Source of the DNA: Candidatus Woesearchaeota archaeon
GTDB lineage: Archaea; Nanobdellota; Nanobdellia; Woesearchaeales; UBA9642
Direction: 5' to 3'
DNA: 64,000 bases
NCBI GenBank assembly: GCA_038895475.1
Contig: JAWANI010000001.1
Span: 52,387 to 116,386, forward strand
The notes beneath the pieces were generated by a model. The model was given only the letters and a program-made list of their open reading frames with translations. It was not told the origin of the DNA and searched no databases. Of the stretch, positions 29,375-40,147 are shown piece after piece. How positions within the stretch are numbered: the stretch's first letter is position 1; every line of letters begins with the position of its first letter. A program made the position numbers and the translations under genes.

Positions 29375-29509
29375 TTAATTATTTACACCTATTGCTTTTG
29401 TTAGAGTATAATTGCAATGAGGGCATTTCCATTCTTGAAATGTTGAATTTCCGGAATTTAACTTTATTCCTTTTTTAAGTTCTGTTTTGCATTTAGGACA
29501 AATTTCCAT
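29375..29509 (-). CDS. Zinc-ribbon microprotein (44 aa, not in ORF track)
   Basis: MEICPKCKTELKKGIKLNSGNSTFQEWKCPHCNYTLTKAIGVNN; GGTGA SD. Confidence 0.75.
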   Translation of the reverse strand: MEICPKCKTELKKGIKLNSGNSTFQEWKCPHCNYTLTKAIGVNN

Positions 29510-29650
29510 AAAAAATCACCTTATAATCATAATTTTATTTATTAAAGTTTATATATTTTCTTAATTTTATATGCTTTTGCTTTAGTTGTATTTTTTTATA
29601 GTTTGTTTATATTTTTTATTTTATAAGTCATTATTTTGATTATGAATCCG

Positions 29651-30745
29651 TTATTTTAAATGAATCTCTATAATGTCTTTGTCATTTAAAACATGATCTA
29701 ACATAAATTTTTGTCCCGGAAATTTAGAACTAGTACCCCATATTTTGCAAAATTTAAATTTCAAAACAAAATCTTTATGTAATTTATTGCAAACATCTTT
29801 AACAGTGCTTCCGGATTTTATTATTAAAGGCGTTTTTAAGTCAGGCTCTTTTCTTGGTTCTTTTAAGAAAATTCTTATAAGATTGAGTCTTTCAAATATT
29901 AATCTTTTCAGTTCATCTAAATGTGTTTTGTTTTTTGCAGAAATAGCAATATCTGCATTTAGCTCTTTTCTAACTTTTTCTACATTTTCCTTAGTGGATA
30001 AATCAATTTTGTTAAGTATGGTTATTGCGGTTATATATTTTCTGTTTCCCTCAATAACATCTATTAATTCATCGATATCAATATCACTTCTAACAACTAC
30101 GTCTGCATTTAAAATTCCCATCTCTTTAAATATTGCCTTTATTGTTTCAATGTTTATTTTTGTCAATTGAATTGTTGTCGAGATTTTTAGTCCCCCTGAT
30201 GCTTTTTTAATAATTTTCAAGTCAGGTTTTTCTTTGTTTATTCTTATATTTGCATCAAATATTTCTTTAAGCAATACATTATAATGGTTTGGTTGATTTA
30301 CATCAATAATAATAAGCATTAAATCTGAACTTCTTACAACGCTTAATACCTCTTTTCCTCTCCCTTTTCCTGAAGCTGCCCCGCTTATTATGCCCGGAAC
30401 ATCCAGAATCTGTATCTTTGCACCTTCATAATACATTATTCCAGGTATAACTTCTAATGTTGTAAAAGCATAATTGGCAGTTTTAGAATCTGCATTAGTT
30501 AACTCATTCAATATGGTTGATTTGCCTACAGAGGGAAAACCTATAAGGATTACTGTTCCATCACCGCTTTTTCTTACATCATAGCCCTCTATTTTTTTTC
30601 CACTAGAAGTTCTAGAATGTTCTTTTTCTTTAAGCTTTGCGAGTTTAGCCTTCATTAATCCTATTGCAAACTGTGTACTTTTATTGTATTTTGTATTCGC
30701 AATTTTTTGTTCTAGCTCTTTTATTTCTTGCTGGTAGTCCGGCAT
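29651..30745 (-). CDS. drg: DRG/Rbg-family OBG GTPase with TGS domain
   Basis: GFPSVGKS, YAFTT, DVPG, NKID, C-terminal TGS. Confidence 0.95.
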   Translation of the reverse strand: MPDYQQEIKELEQKIANTKYNKSTQFAIGLMKAKLAKLKEKEHSRTSSGKKIEGYDVRKSGDGTVILIGFPSVGKSTILNELTNADSKTANYAFTTLEVIPGIMYYEGAKIQILDVPGIISGAASGKGRGKEVLSVVRSSDLMLIIIDVNQPNHYNVLLKEIFDANIRINKEKPDLKIIKKASGGLKISTTIQLTKINIETIKAIFKEMGILNADVVVRSDIDIDELIDVIEGNRKYITAITILNKIDLSTKENVEKVRKELNADIAISAKNKTHLDELKRLIFERLNLIRIFLKEPRKEPDLKTPLIIKSGSTVKDVCNKLHKDFVLKFKFCKIWGTSSKFPGQKFMLDHVLNDKDIIEIHLK

Positions 30746-30873
30746 AATTTAGAATAATAATCTTGCTTTATAAAATTAATTGTGAAAAATAAAAGATAAT
30801 ATAATTTAAATGCACATACATACTAAATGCAAAAAGATAAACTTTAAATATATATATTATTAGTTTACTTTTT

Positions 30874-31779
30874 ATGAAAAAGAGGTTTTTTATAAGATAC
30901 TTAGGATTTTATTTTTCCTTAGTGTTTTGTTTAATGCTTATTTCACTGTTATCTGTTTATGTTTCTGCCGAGGAACTTGTTTGTGGAAATCAGCCAAATA
31001 GTCTAACAGGCTATGGTCAAGTTGAATTATTTCCAGGAGTGATATATTCTTGTAATAATGTTCCGGACAATTTTTGTCCAGAAGATTATGAGACTGCAGA
31101 AAATAGCGGGATATTTGGAAATTGTTCAAGATGCCATGATCCTGATTGTACTGGTAATATTAGTGGTTCAGTTCTTTCTTATAACGGAATACCTTTAAGC
31201 AGGGCTCTTGTAACTGTTTTGCCGATAAGATATAATCTTTCAGCGCCGACACTTGAAAAATCTACATTAACAGATTTTTCTGGAAAGTTTTTTATTTCCG
31301 GTGTTACTACAGGAACATATTATGTTAGTGCAGCTCACGAGGGGTTTGATACACAATTAATTGAGGTGACTGTAAATAGGAATAAATTAACTTCTGGAGT
31401 AAATTTTAATTTGCCTAACGGAACATGCTTTGAGGATTGTACAAATAGTTATGGTAGGTGTAATGCGAAATGTAATGGTCTGAATTTTGATAACGGAATT
31501 TGCAGTTTTTTTAATGGGTCTTTCAGTATTTATAATGTTGACGCATCTGCTCTCTGTGATAATCGCTTAAAAGGAACTGAAGTTTTAATTCAAGGAACTC
31601 AAAATGGCACACATGCATTATTTTTGAAATGTTGTGAGGGCACTCCTTATTGGAAGTATTATGGTGCTGTTTCACTTTATTCTTCAAGTATTGATAATAT
31701 TATTAAAATAGAAAAGGTGGCTAAATATAATGAAGTTCCTGTAAAAGTAATTGTTGCTTATTGGCCTCCTAAAAAATAG
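30874..31779 (+). CDS. Secreted Cys-rich protein with carboxypeptidase-regulatory-like beta domain
   Basis: Signal peptide; GNISGSV...TDFSGKFFISGVTTGTYYVSA; many Cys; heads the pilus locus. Confidence 0.7.
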   Translation: MKKRFFIRYLGFYFSLVFCLMLISLLSVYVSAEELVCGNQPNSLTGYGQVELFPGVIYSCNNVPDNFCPEDYETAENSGIFGNCSRCHDPDCTGNISGSVLSYNGIPLSRALVTVLPIRYNLSAPTLEKSTLTDFSGKFFISGVTTGTYYVSAAHEGFDTQLIEVTVNRNKLTSGVNFNLPNGTCFEDCTNSYGRCNAKCNGLNFDNGICSFFNGSFSIYNVDASALCDNRLKGTEVLIQGTQNGTHALFLKCCEGTPYWKYYGAVSLYSSSIDNIIKIEKVAKYNEVPVKVIVAYWPPKK

Positions 31780-31962
31780 TTTATAATAAAAAATCATTTA
31801 TAAAAAATATTATACCTTTATTTGCTAGCACATGTTTTGTTAATTATTAAAATAATCACAATATTTTTATATGCCTTTTTCTAATTTTAGTTAAAATATA
31901 ATTTTAAGTAAAGCAATATGCTGTTTTTGGTATTTCAAAGAAAATTCAAAAAGAGGTTGATT

Positions 31963-32517
31963 ATGTTTTTCAGCAAAAAAGCCTATTTTTTCATACTTGA
32001 TGCTTTTATAGCAGCAACTATTATATTTGTTAGTTTGGCAATAATCTTAAATTCTGATGTTACTGTTGAACAGGTGGCTAAAGATTATACACAACCAAAT
32101 GAAATAACAAATTTTTTGCTGGATACAAAATTAGAAGATATAGATAATCCTTATGTTAAAAAATTGATTTCTGACGGCAATATCTCTAATCCAAGGAACA
32201 CTATTGTTCAGCAGGTAGACTTATTTTATTATACTGCGGAATATATTTGTTCCAATCCACAGTGTAAATCCTTAAATTATAATCTTTCAACAAATTTATT
32301 AATGAATATTTCTGAACCATTAATACCCCAAAAATATGGTTTTGAGTATGTAATAATTGATAATAACAAAAATCATACTGTTTATTCAAGAAATATAGCG
32401 AGTAAAGATAAAAGCGATTTTAAAATAGTTACTAAGAGAATATCTTATGTGAAGTATAATTTAACAGAGATATTTATGCCACACGTAGTGAAATTTTCGA
32501 TATGGAATATTGTTTAA
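31963..32517 (+). CDS. Pilin-like protein with class III signal peptide
   Basis: MFFSKKA/YFFILDAFIAATII; GAGGT SD. Confidence 0.7.
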   Translation: MFFSKKAYFFILDAFIAATIIFVSLAIILNSDVTVEQVAKDYTQPNEITNFLLDTKLEDIDNPYVKKLISDGNISNPRNTIVQQVDLFYYTAEYICSNPQCKSLNYNLSTNLLMNISEPLIPQKYGFEYVIIDNNKNHTVYSRNIASKDKSDFKIVTKRISYVKYNLTEIFMPHVVKFSIWNIV

Positions 32518-32542
32518 TTGTTAAGAATTATTATTTTATGGA

Positions 32543-33532
32543 TTGATCAATATGAATATGCGATTTAAGAAAAAAGCAGTTTTAATGACTATAGCTGCAC
32601 TGCTAATATCTGCATTGTTTTTCATAATGTTTAGTGGAGAAAATATTTTACCGGTGTTTTATACGAGTCAACCGTTGAAGACCAGAGTGTTAAGTGTTGA
32701 TTCTTATATTAAATTAATACCTGTAATGCTTTCAGATGCTTTAGAAGTATCTACCTATAAATCTTTAAATGGTTTATACATATATTATTCGAAAATAGGA
32801 ACATTTCCTGAAGAAGATGTCTTTTATAAGAATCTTGTCAGCTGTATTAAATGCGGAAAGTTGGACTGTAATTATGAAGTTCTTTGTCCTTACATTAATG
32901 GTACAGATTTTGAAAATATAATAATAAATTTCAAAAATTTAAGCGATAATCATATGAATATAATTACGACTATAACCATAAACAATATTCTTATAGAGCA
33001 AAAATATCCCTTTGATATCGATGTCACTGCTGATGTATCTTATAGTGTATATGATCCTGTTTCTAATTCCAGATGGGAAAGAAGAGAGAACATTACAAGA
33101 ATTGTTTCAATAATAGGATTAAAAGATCCTTTAAGCGGAATAAATACTGCAGGGAGTTATGAAATAACAATAAAAAAAAGTTCTATTTGTACTACGGCAT
33201 TTCAAAATAATGCACCATGCTGGGATATTAATAAGGTTAAAAGTTTTTATGATGAAAGGTCATTTATATATTCTCCTAATGCAACATCATTTTTATCAAG
33301 ATACTGGAATAGCACTATTCAGTCTGAATGTTGCGGTATTGAAACATTCATTCATATAGATGATATTAGAAATGTTTCTTATTTAGATCATTATTATTTC
33401 AGTGGAGAACATACTTGTTTAGAAGATACTATTTTATCATATGGGGAAATTAGTCCTAATTTTAAGTTGGATTCAAAAACTGCAGGAAGATACAGTATAA
33501 GTGATGAAGGCGTATTGATATGCAGAAGATAA
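32543..33532 (+). CDS. Pilin-like/minor pilin protein with class III-like signal peptide
   Basis: RFKKKA/VLMTIAALLIS; VSIIGLKDPL; Cys pairs; true start likely 32552 or 32558. Confidence 0.65.
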   Translation: MINMNMRFKKKAVLMTIAALLISALFFIMFSGENILPVFYTSQPLKTRVLSVDSYIKLIPVMLSDALEVSTYKSLNGLYIYYSKIGTFPEEDVFYKNLVSCIKCGKLDCNYEVLCPYINGTDFENIIINFKNLSDNHMNIITTITINNILIEQKYPFDIDVTADVSYSVYDPVSNSRWERRENITRIVSIIGLKDPLSGINTAGSYEITIKKSSICTTAFQNNAPCWDINKVKSFYDERSFIYSPNATSFLSRYWNSTIQSECCGIETFIHIDDIRNVSYLDHYYFSGEHTCLEDTILSYGEISPNFKLDSKTAGRYSISDEGVLICRR

Positions 33533-33691
33533 ATATATTAATAGGCTAGTATAATAATAGAATATTATAGTGATAGGCTGTTTTTTTTGTTTTATTTTTT
33601 TACTTTTCCTCAAGTATTTTAATGTCACTATAAAATACTCAATAAACTTTTTATAGCATAGTTGTGATTTACTTATCGGGGAATACGAATT

Positions 33692-34144
33692 ATGTCAGAT
33701 GAAGTTGTAAAAACAGGTGTAGATGAATTGTTAGATATTTTAAAGAATACAGATAAGATTCAGATAGTTGAAGTTTCAAAAAAGTTGAATATTCCAATAG
33801 ACATAGTGCAGGCATGGGTTGATTTCTTAGTAGAAGAAAGAATAATCGGTATAGAATATAAGTTTACAACACCCTACATTTATTTAAACAAACCTTTAGA
33901 AACCCAGAAAGTTTCCGAAGAAAAACAGGAGATAATAGACATAAGTTATTTTAAGAAGTCTTTCTGGGAAAAAGCTAAAAAGAATAATATTCCTGAATCA
34001 CGAATTCCTGACTTGTGGAAAAATCATTTGTTACAAGAATTGGATTTGAAGAAGAAATATTTTTTTTATGAGGCACAAGTAAGAAAAATAATGAACATAG
34101 AAAAAGTTTGGGAAGAATATCAAAAAAAAGTATTATCCGTATAG
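33692..34144 (+). CDS. Winged-helix-like protein in the pilus locus
   Basis: KTGVDELLDIL...VSKKLNIPIDIVQAWVDFLVEERII. Confidence 0.7.
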   Translation: MSDEVVKTGVDELLDILKNTDKIQIVEVSKKLNIPIDIVQAWVDFLVEERIIGIEYKFTTPYIYLNKPLETQKVSEEKQEIIDISYFKKSFWEKAKKNNIPESRIPDLWKNHLLQELDLKKKYFFYEAQVRKIMNIEKVWEEYQKKVLSV

Positions 34145-34153
34145 GTAATAACT

Positions 34154-35461
34154 ATGGAATTGGATGAATTTCTTGAAAAGGACATGCTGCGTTTTTTAGA
34201 AGAAAGAAAAGAGAAGAACACTCAAGATAAAGTAATAGACAGAGAAGAAGATTATGGTTTGTATTTAACAAAAGATTATTTGAGAGAAGTTATTTCTGCT
34301 TTAGATAGCGATGAAATAACTAAAGCACAAAGATTATTTGATGAATTAAGAAGCTATTATGAAACTCTCCCTAAAGGAAGCTTAGAAGCCAAAAAGGTTT
34401 ATGCAATATTAGAACAAGTGTATGGCAAAATAAATGCATATAATCAATTAAAAGGATTAACAACAAATATTAGAAGTTTTGATGATGTTTTAGATAGGGG
34501 TTTTCAAGGTTCAATACCGCAAAAAATCCATCAAACAACAACAAAAATAGACAAAAAAATAGACCATATAGATGAAAAAATTACCCGTTTTGGTGAGGAC
34601 TTCAAAGAATTAAAAAAAACAATAATAACAGGATCTCAAAGTAATAAAGTCTCTTTGGAAAATGTTGAAAGCAAAAAACCTATTTACATAACCGCATCAG
34701 AGATAAAAATATCGCCTCCTCAGAATCCAAGTTCTACCAAAGCAATAGAACATTCAGAATCAAATCAGAAAAGCAAAAGCAGTTTACCTGCTGTTAATTT
34801 AGACACGGAATCAACTAGTAAAAAGAATATTGTGGTTAAAAATGATTCTATTGAAAAATTTCATTTAACAAAACAATCCATTGCACATACAGAAAAGCCT
34901 AAATCTGAAAAAATAATAAGAATATATAAAATACCTAAAAATTTGAAAAGTAGAAAAAATTTTTCATTAAAAAAAGATGTTTTGGATTTTAAATCATCTA
35001 AAAAAGAATCATTTGATAAAAATTTATTTGAACAAAAGTCTTATAAAAAAAGCAATGAAGTTGAAAAAACAAACACAGATAAAGAAAAGTCTTTAGAAAA
35101 ACAGGGTCCAAAATTAAAAAACACACCAAATAATGTGTCTAAGGAGAATAAAGATTTTTTTGATAGTCCTTTTAAGCCTTTAAATAAAAAAGAGGTAACT
35201 GAAAATTCTAATAAGGGCATAATATCTCAAAAAAATATGCAAGAAAAATCTGCACAAAAAATTGAAAATTCACCTAAAAAATCAGATGATACATTTAATT
35301 ATGAAGAGAAATATTATGAGGCTTTAAAACTTATGCAGTTAAAAAAATATGCAGAGGCAGGAAAACTATTTAATGAAATCTTATCAGTAAAGCCTAATCA
35401 TAAACCTTCCCAGATAAGACTTAAACAATGCCAGGAGGCGATAGTGAATGTCAGAAAATAA
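34154..35461 (+). CDS. Hypothetical protein: helical N-terminus, low-complexity linker, C-terminal TPR
   Basis: K/S/N-rich middle; YYEALKLMQLKKYAEAGKLFNEILSVKPNH TPR. Confidence 0.7.
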   Translation: MELDEFLEKDMLRFLEERKEKNTQDKVIDREEDYGLYLTKDYLREVISALDSDEITKAQRLFDELRSYYETLPKGSLEAKKVYAILEQVYGKINAYNQLKGLTTNIRSFDDVLDRGFQGSIPQKIHQTTTKIDKKIDHIDEKITRFGEDFKELKKTIITGSQSNKVSLENVESKKPIYITASEIKISPPQNPSSTKAIEHSESNQKSKSSLPAVNLDTESTSKKNIVVKNDSIEKFHLTKQSIAHTEKPKSEKIIRIYKIPKNLKSRKNFSLKKDVLDFKSSKKESFDKNLFEQKSYKKSNEVEKTNTDKEKSLEKQGPKLKNTPNNVSKENKDFFDSPFKPLNKKEVTENSNKGIISQKNMQEKSAQKIENSPKKSDDTFNYEEKYYEALKLMQLKKYAEAGKLFNEILSVKPNHKPSQIRLKQCQEAIVNVRK

Positions 35462-36950
35462 AATTAATGCTCAGATAAACAATTTGTCAAATATTACATC
35501 CAAACAAAAACCAGAATTAAGTTTGGACCATTATAAAATAAAAATAAACGATATTGTTGTTGATATTAATATAGTTATGAAGGAAGATGAAGCAACACCA
35601 AAATATATCGTGAGTTTAACAAATATATCTGATACTACAAAAATAATTCTTGAAAAAATCAGGCAGGAATTCATTTCAAAGGTGGATACAAAAGAATTAG
35701 AAGTTGTCGAAGAATCATCTGACATAAAGGACAGGTTTAAATCAGAAATCAGGGGTTTGATAAAAAGATATTTCCCAACAGCAAACGAACAGGTAACAAA
35801 TATGTTGGTAAATTATATTATACAAGAGAATCTGGGTTTAGGAAAAATAGAAATTTTGTTAAGAGATGTTTTTTTAGAAGAAATTGTTGTGAATAATCAT
35901 TCAGAACCAGTATGGGTATATCATAAAAAATATGGTTGGTTAGTAACTAATATTAAGTTGATTACTGAATCGAAAATAAGGCATTATGCCACGATGATTG
36001 GAAGGGATGTAGGAAAAGAGATAACAACTTTAAATCCATTAATGGATGCGCATTTAACAACAGGTGACAGGGTAAATGCAACACTATACCCAATATCCAG
36101 TAAGGGAAACACTATAACAATAAGAAAGTTTTCTTCAGATCCTTGGACCATAACTAAATTCATAAAAGATAACACAATATCTGTAGAGGCTGCCGCATTT
36201 ATATGGTTCGCAGTACAAAATGAATTAAGCATATTAGTTGCAGGAGGAACAGGTGCAGGAAAGACATCCATGCTTAATGTTTTAAGCAATTTTTTTCCGC
36301 CAAACCAAAGAATAATAAGCATAGAAGATACAAGAGAATTAGTTCTTCCATCAAATTTACATTGGGTTCCTATGGAGACAAGACTTCCAAACCCTGAAGG
36401 AAAAGGAGAAGTGACAATGCTCGATTTATTGGTAAATTCTTTAAGAATGAGGCCTGATAGAATATTGGTTGGAGAAATAAGAAGACAAAGGGAGGCACAA
36501 GTATTACTAGAAGCAATGCATACAGGTCATTCTGTTTATGCTACAATACATGCAAATAATGCAGAGGAAGTAATAGTAAGACTTACAAATCCCCCGATAG
36601 ATATTCCTAAACCAATGATAAGCAGTCTATCATTAATATTAGTTCAGTCAAGGAACAGGAGAACCGGAAAAAGAAGAACTTTGCAGTTAGCAGAAGTAAC
36701 ACCTACTGGTGATCCAAAAATATTATATCAACTAAATGTTGCAAAAGATATTATTGAAAAAGTTTCAAATTCTGAATCTGTTCTTGAAAAACTTAAATTA
36801 TATACGGGATGGAATGAAGAAGAAATAAATAATGATTTAAAACAAAAAATAAGAATACTAAATTGGATGTTGGAGAAAAATATTGAAGATGTAAATCAAA
36901 TAGGACTTATAATGTCTAAATATTATATCGGCAATTTGGTAATCGAGTAG
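35448..36950 (+). CDS. Type IV pilus / type II secretion ATPase (TadA/FlaI-like)
   Basis: GGTGAGKT, SIEDTREL, LRMRPDRILVGEIR, MHTGH...TIHA. Confidence 0.95.
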   Translation: MSENKINAQINNLSNITSKQKPELSLDHYKIKINDIVVDINIVMKEDEATPKYIVSLTNISDTTKIILEKIRQEFISKVDTKELEVVEESSDIKDRFKSEIRGLIKRYFPTANEQVTNMLVNYIIQENLGLGKIEILLRDVFLEEIVVNNHSEPVWVYHKKYGWLVTNIKLITESKIRHYATMIGRDVGKEITTLNPLMDAHLTTGDRVNATLYPISSKGNTITIRKFSSDPWTITKFIKDNTISVEAAAFIWFAVQNELSILVAGGTGAGKTSMLNVLSNFFPPNQRIISIEDTRELVLPSNLHWVPMETRLPNPEGKGEVTMLDLLVNSLRMRPDRILVGEIRRQREAQVLLEAMHTGHSVYATIHANNAEEVIVRLTNPPIDIPKPMISSLSLILVQSRNRRTGKRRTLQLAEVTPTGDPKILYQLNVAKDIIEKVSNSESVLEKLKLYTGWNEEEINNDLKQKIRILNWMLEKNIEDVNQIGLIMSKYYIGNLVIE

Positions 36951-36975
36951 TAATTTAACAATTCAAGAGGTTAAT

Positions 36976-37785
36976 ATGTCTTTTTATAGAATAATTGCAT
37001 CAAATTTTCCTGATTTAAAAAGAAAGATGTATAGTGCAGGTTTGAGAGGCACTCCTGAATTGTATGTAGAACAATCTTTTAAGGCGGCCTTGATATTGTC
37101 TTTAGGTATTGCTATACTAACATTTTTTTTTGCTCTAAAAATGTCTTTAAGTTTATTTCTGCCTATTTTTATATTCATAATTCTTTTTCTTTTATTTTTT
37201 TTTATTAATATGAAAAGAGTAGATGTTAAAATGGTTCAAAGAGCAAAAGAAATTGATAGAGATGTGTTGTTTGCAGGCAGATTTTTATTGGTTAAATTGA
37301 ATGCCGGCAGACCTTTAATAAATGCAATTATTGACGCTTCAAACAGCTATGGTGTTGCAAGCAAATATTTTAAAGAAATAGTTAGGGATATAGAATTAGG
37401 AACACCAATGGAAGAAGCTTTAGAAAATGCTTATAAGTATACCCCATCTAAGAAATTTAAAAAAATATTGTTTCAAATAAGCAATTCATTAAAAATAGGT
37501 GTAGATATAAATGCCCCATTAGAAGCAACTCTGGATGAAATAACTCAAGAACAGCTCTTGGAAATTCAGAGATATGGTAAAAAACTTAATTCAGTAGTCA
37601 TGTTTTATATGCTGGTAGCAATAGTTGTTCCATCATTAGGAATAACATTATTAAGTATAATTGCATCTTTAGTAGCCTTAAATATAGATATGGGTATATT
37701 CACAATAGTTTTGTTTTTTTTATTAATAGTACAAATAATATTTATAGCAGTATTTAAGTCAATGAGGCCAAATTTGAATATATAA
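36976..37785 (+). CDS. Type II secretion F-family (TadB/C-like) platform protein
   Basis: TMs plus FKEIVRDIELGTPMEEAL. Confidence 0.88.
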   Translation: MSFYRIIASNFPDLKRKMYSAGLRGTPELYVEQSFKAALILSLGIAILTFFFALKMSLSLFLPIFIFIILFLLFFFINMKRVDVKMVQRAKEIDRDVLFAGRFLLVKLNAGRPLINAIIDASNSYGVASKYFKEIVRDIELGTPMEEALENAYKYTPSKKFKKILFQISNSLKIGVDINAPLEATLDEITQEQLLEIQRYGKKLNSVVMFYMLVAIVVPSLGITLLSIIASLVALNIDMGIFTIVLFFLLIVQIIFIAVFKSMRPNLNI

Positions 37786-37841
37786 TATTATAATTATAAA
37801 TTCGTAATATATTTTTAAAAAATAAAAAATTTTCATAAAAA

Positions 37842-38852
37842 ATGAAATCATTCGCAAAAGAATTTGGAAAAGCATTCATATTTAAGAAAATAAGACCTAG
37901 TATTAGAAGTTTCTTTATGAAAGCAGGGTATGATGATGTTCCTTATGAATTATTTGGGTATTTATTTTATTTATCCCTAATAATGACTTTTTTTATTCAT
38001 ATGCTTTTTATTTATCCTGAATTACAAAATTATTCTAGTTTAACAATTGTTTTTTTCACTTTTTTGAGTTGGGTTGTTATACCTTTAACAATTCTTAGTC
38101 TAATAATTGTTTATTTATACTTTGATTTAACAATAAAAATATTTAAGAGAACAAAGGAAATAGAAAGAATTTTACCGGATTATTTGCAAGTTGTATCTTC
38201 AAATCTTAAAGGAGGGCTTTCTTTTGAAAAATCTTTATGGAATGCAATAAATCCGGAATTTAGTATTGTGGCTAAAGAAATAACAATTGTTTCAAAAAAA
38301 GTAATGACTGGAAATGATTTAACAGAAGCATTATTGGAATTTACAGAAAAATATGATAGTCCTGTTTTAAAGAGAAGTTTTGGATTAATAATTGGAGAAG
38401 TAGAAAGCGGTGGACAAATAGCATTTATGGTTGATAAAGTTATAGAGAATATAAGAAAAACAAAAATATTGCAGGAAGAAATGGCTGCATCAACGTTAAC
38501 ATACATGATATTTATAGGTGCAATAGTAATATTGATTGCACCAGGATTATTTGCATTATCATATCATTTGTTAAATATAATGAGTGGTTTTAGTGCACAA
38601 ATATCCTCTAATTCAATACAGTCTATGCCAGTTAATTTAGGCGGAGGAACTATAAATCTTTCAGATTATAGGATATTTTCTATATTGTCATTATTATTGA
38701 TATCATTTTTTAGTTCAATATTAATAAGTATTATACAAACAGGAGATGTAAGGTCTGGATTAAAGTATATACCTGCATTTATATTTTCATCAATATTCTT
38801 TTACTTTGTGTTCGTAGTTGCCTTAGGAGTGTTGTTTGGTAATGTAGTGTAA
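37842..38852 (+). CDS. Type II secretion F-family (TadC-like) platform protein
   Basis: LPDYLQVVSSNLKGGLS, GNDLTEAL, ESGG. Confidence 0.88.
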   Translation: MKSFAKEFGKAFIFKKIRPSIRSFFMKAGYDDVPYELFGYLFYLSLIMTFFIHMLFIYPELQNYSSLTIVFFTFLSWVVIPLTILSLIIVYLYFDLTIKIFKRTKEIERILPDYLQVVSSNLKGGLSFEKSLWNAINPEFSIVAKEITIVSKKVMTGNDLTEALLEFTEKYDSPVLKRSFGLIIGEVESGGQIAFMVDKVIENIRKTKILQEEMAASTLTYMIFIGAIVILIAPGLFALSYHLLNIMSGFSAQISSNSIQSMPVNLGGGTINLSDYRIFSILSLLLISFFSSILISIIQTGDVRSGLKYIPAFIFSSIFFYFVFVVALGVLFGNVV

Positions 38853-38959
38853 AAAATAAATTTAAAAAGTATAAAGATTTATAAAAAGATGTGTTATACA
38901 TTTTTATAATATAATATTTATAATGGTTTAGAGTTATAATTATTTTTTTAGGTGATTAT

Positions 38960-39406
38960 ATGTATTTTAAAAAAAGAGGGCAGGCAGCAATAGAATTTTT
39001 AATGACATATGGCTGGGCAATATTTATAGTATTGCTTTCATTAGGTGCAATAGCATATTTTGGTTATAATAATCCACAGAAATTATTACCCGAAAAATGT
39101 ATTTTTACCAATGGAATAATATGTAAAGATACTTTAATAACAACTAATTCAATAAATATAAGTCTGGTTAATGGTTTGGGAAGAACAATTTATGATATAA
39201 GTGCCACTCCGATAGATTTTAATGCTAGATGTGTTACTTCAGTAAATACTGCTAGTTCAGATGATAACATAAGAATAGATTGTGAATTAACTCAACAATT
39301 AATAAAGGGTGAAAGAAAAAGATTTAAAATATACTTAAACTATACCCTAATAGTTGGAGGGTATCAGAAAACATCTATAGGAGAAATATATAGTACAGTA
39401 GTATAA
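38960..39406 (+). CDS. Archaeal type IV pilin
   Basis: KRG/QAAIEFLMTYGWAI class III signal. Confidence 0.9.
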   Translation: MYFKKRGQAAIEFLMTYGWAIFIVLLSLGAIAYFGYNNPQKLLPEKCIFTNGIICKDTLITTNSINISLVNGLGRTIYDISATPIDFNARCVTSVNTASSDDNIRIDCELTQQLIKGERKRFKIYLNYTLIVGGYQKTSIGEIYSTVV

Positions 39407-39489
39407 TTATGTATTTGTATATATGATGGTAGTATACTATTTTGATATGATATGTAGTAATTATATATAAAATATAGGTCATATATAAA

Positions 39490-39981
39490 ATGAAATTTTT
39501 AAAAAAATCTCAAGCAGCCATAGAATTTATGGTTACATATGGTTGGGTAATAATAGCAGTAATGCTTGTTTTAGGTGCATTAGCATATTATGGTGTTTTT
39601 AATTTTAATAAATATATAAATGATGAATGTAGTTTTGGCTCCCAGATTTATTGTGAAGATTTTATGTTACAATCTGATGGCACATTATCATTAAGATTGA
39701 GAAATAATTTTGGACAAGAGATAATGTTATCTAATATAGGTTATTTTCATTCCAATAATTATGTTGAGGTCGTAGACAATTTAGGAAATATGGGAATAGG
39801 AATACCTCCTGGAAGTTATCTCGAGTTTGAATTAAAACCAGTAAATGAGTATTCCTTTAACAAGAATGATAAAGTAAAATTAAAAGTTGTAGCTAATTAT
39901 GTCAGAAGCCAAGGATCTTCACAAGTACCTGGTGCACCATATCATAATATAACAGGAATAGTTGTTGCAACAGTACAATAA
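39490..39981 (+). CDS. Archaeal type IV pilin (paralogue)
   Basis: KKS/QAAIEFMVTYGWVI class III signal. Confidence 0.9.
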   Translation: MKFLKKSQAAIEFMVTYGWVIIAVMLVLGALAYYGVFNFNKYINDECSFGSQIYCEDFMLQSDGTLSLRLRNNFGQEIMLSNIGYFHSNNYVEVVDNLGNMGIGIPPGSYLEFELKPVNEYSFNKNDKVKLKVVANYVRSQGSSQVPGAPYHNITGIVVATVQ

Positions 39982-40147
39982 AATATTTTATGAGTAATAC
40001 TTTTATTATGCTATTTTTTTTAAATATATTATAGATTAAGAATAATTTAATATTGTAAAATCATAATATTTATAAATCATGAAAAAATCCTAATAATATC
40101 ATTCTAAATATTATTAGAGGTAAATGATTAGAGTAGAAGGTGATTAA

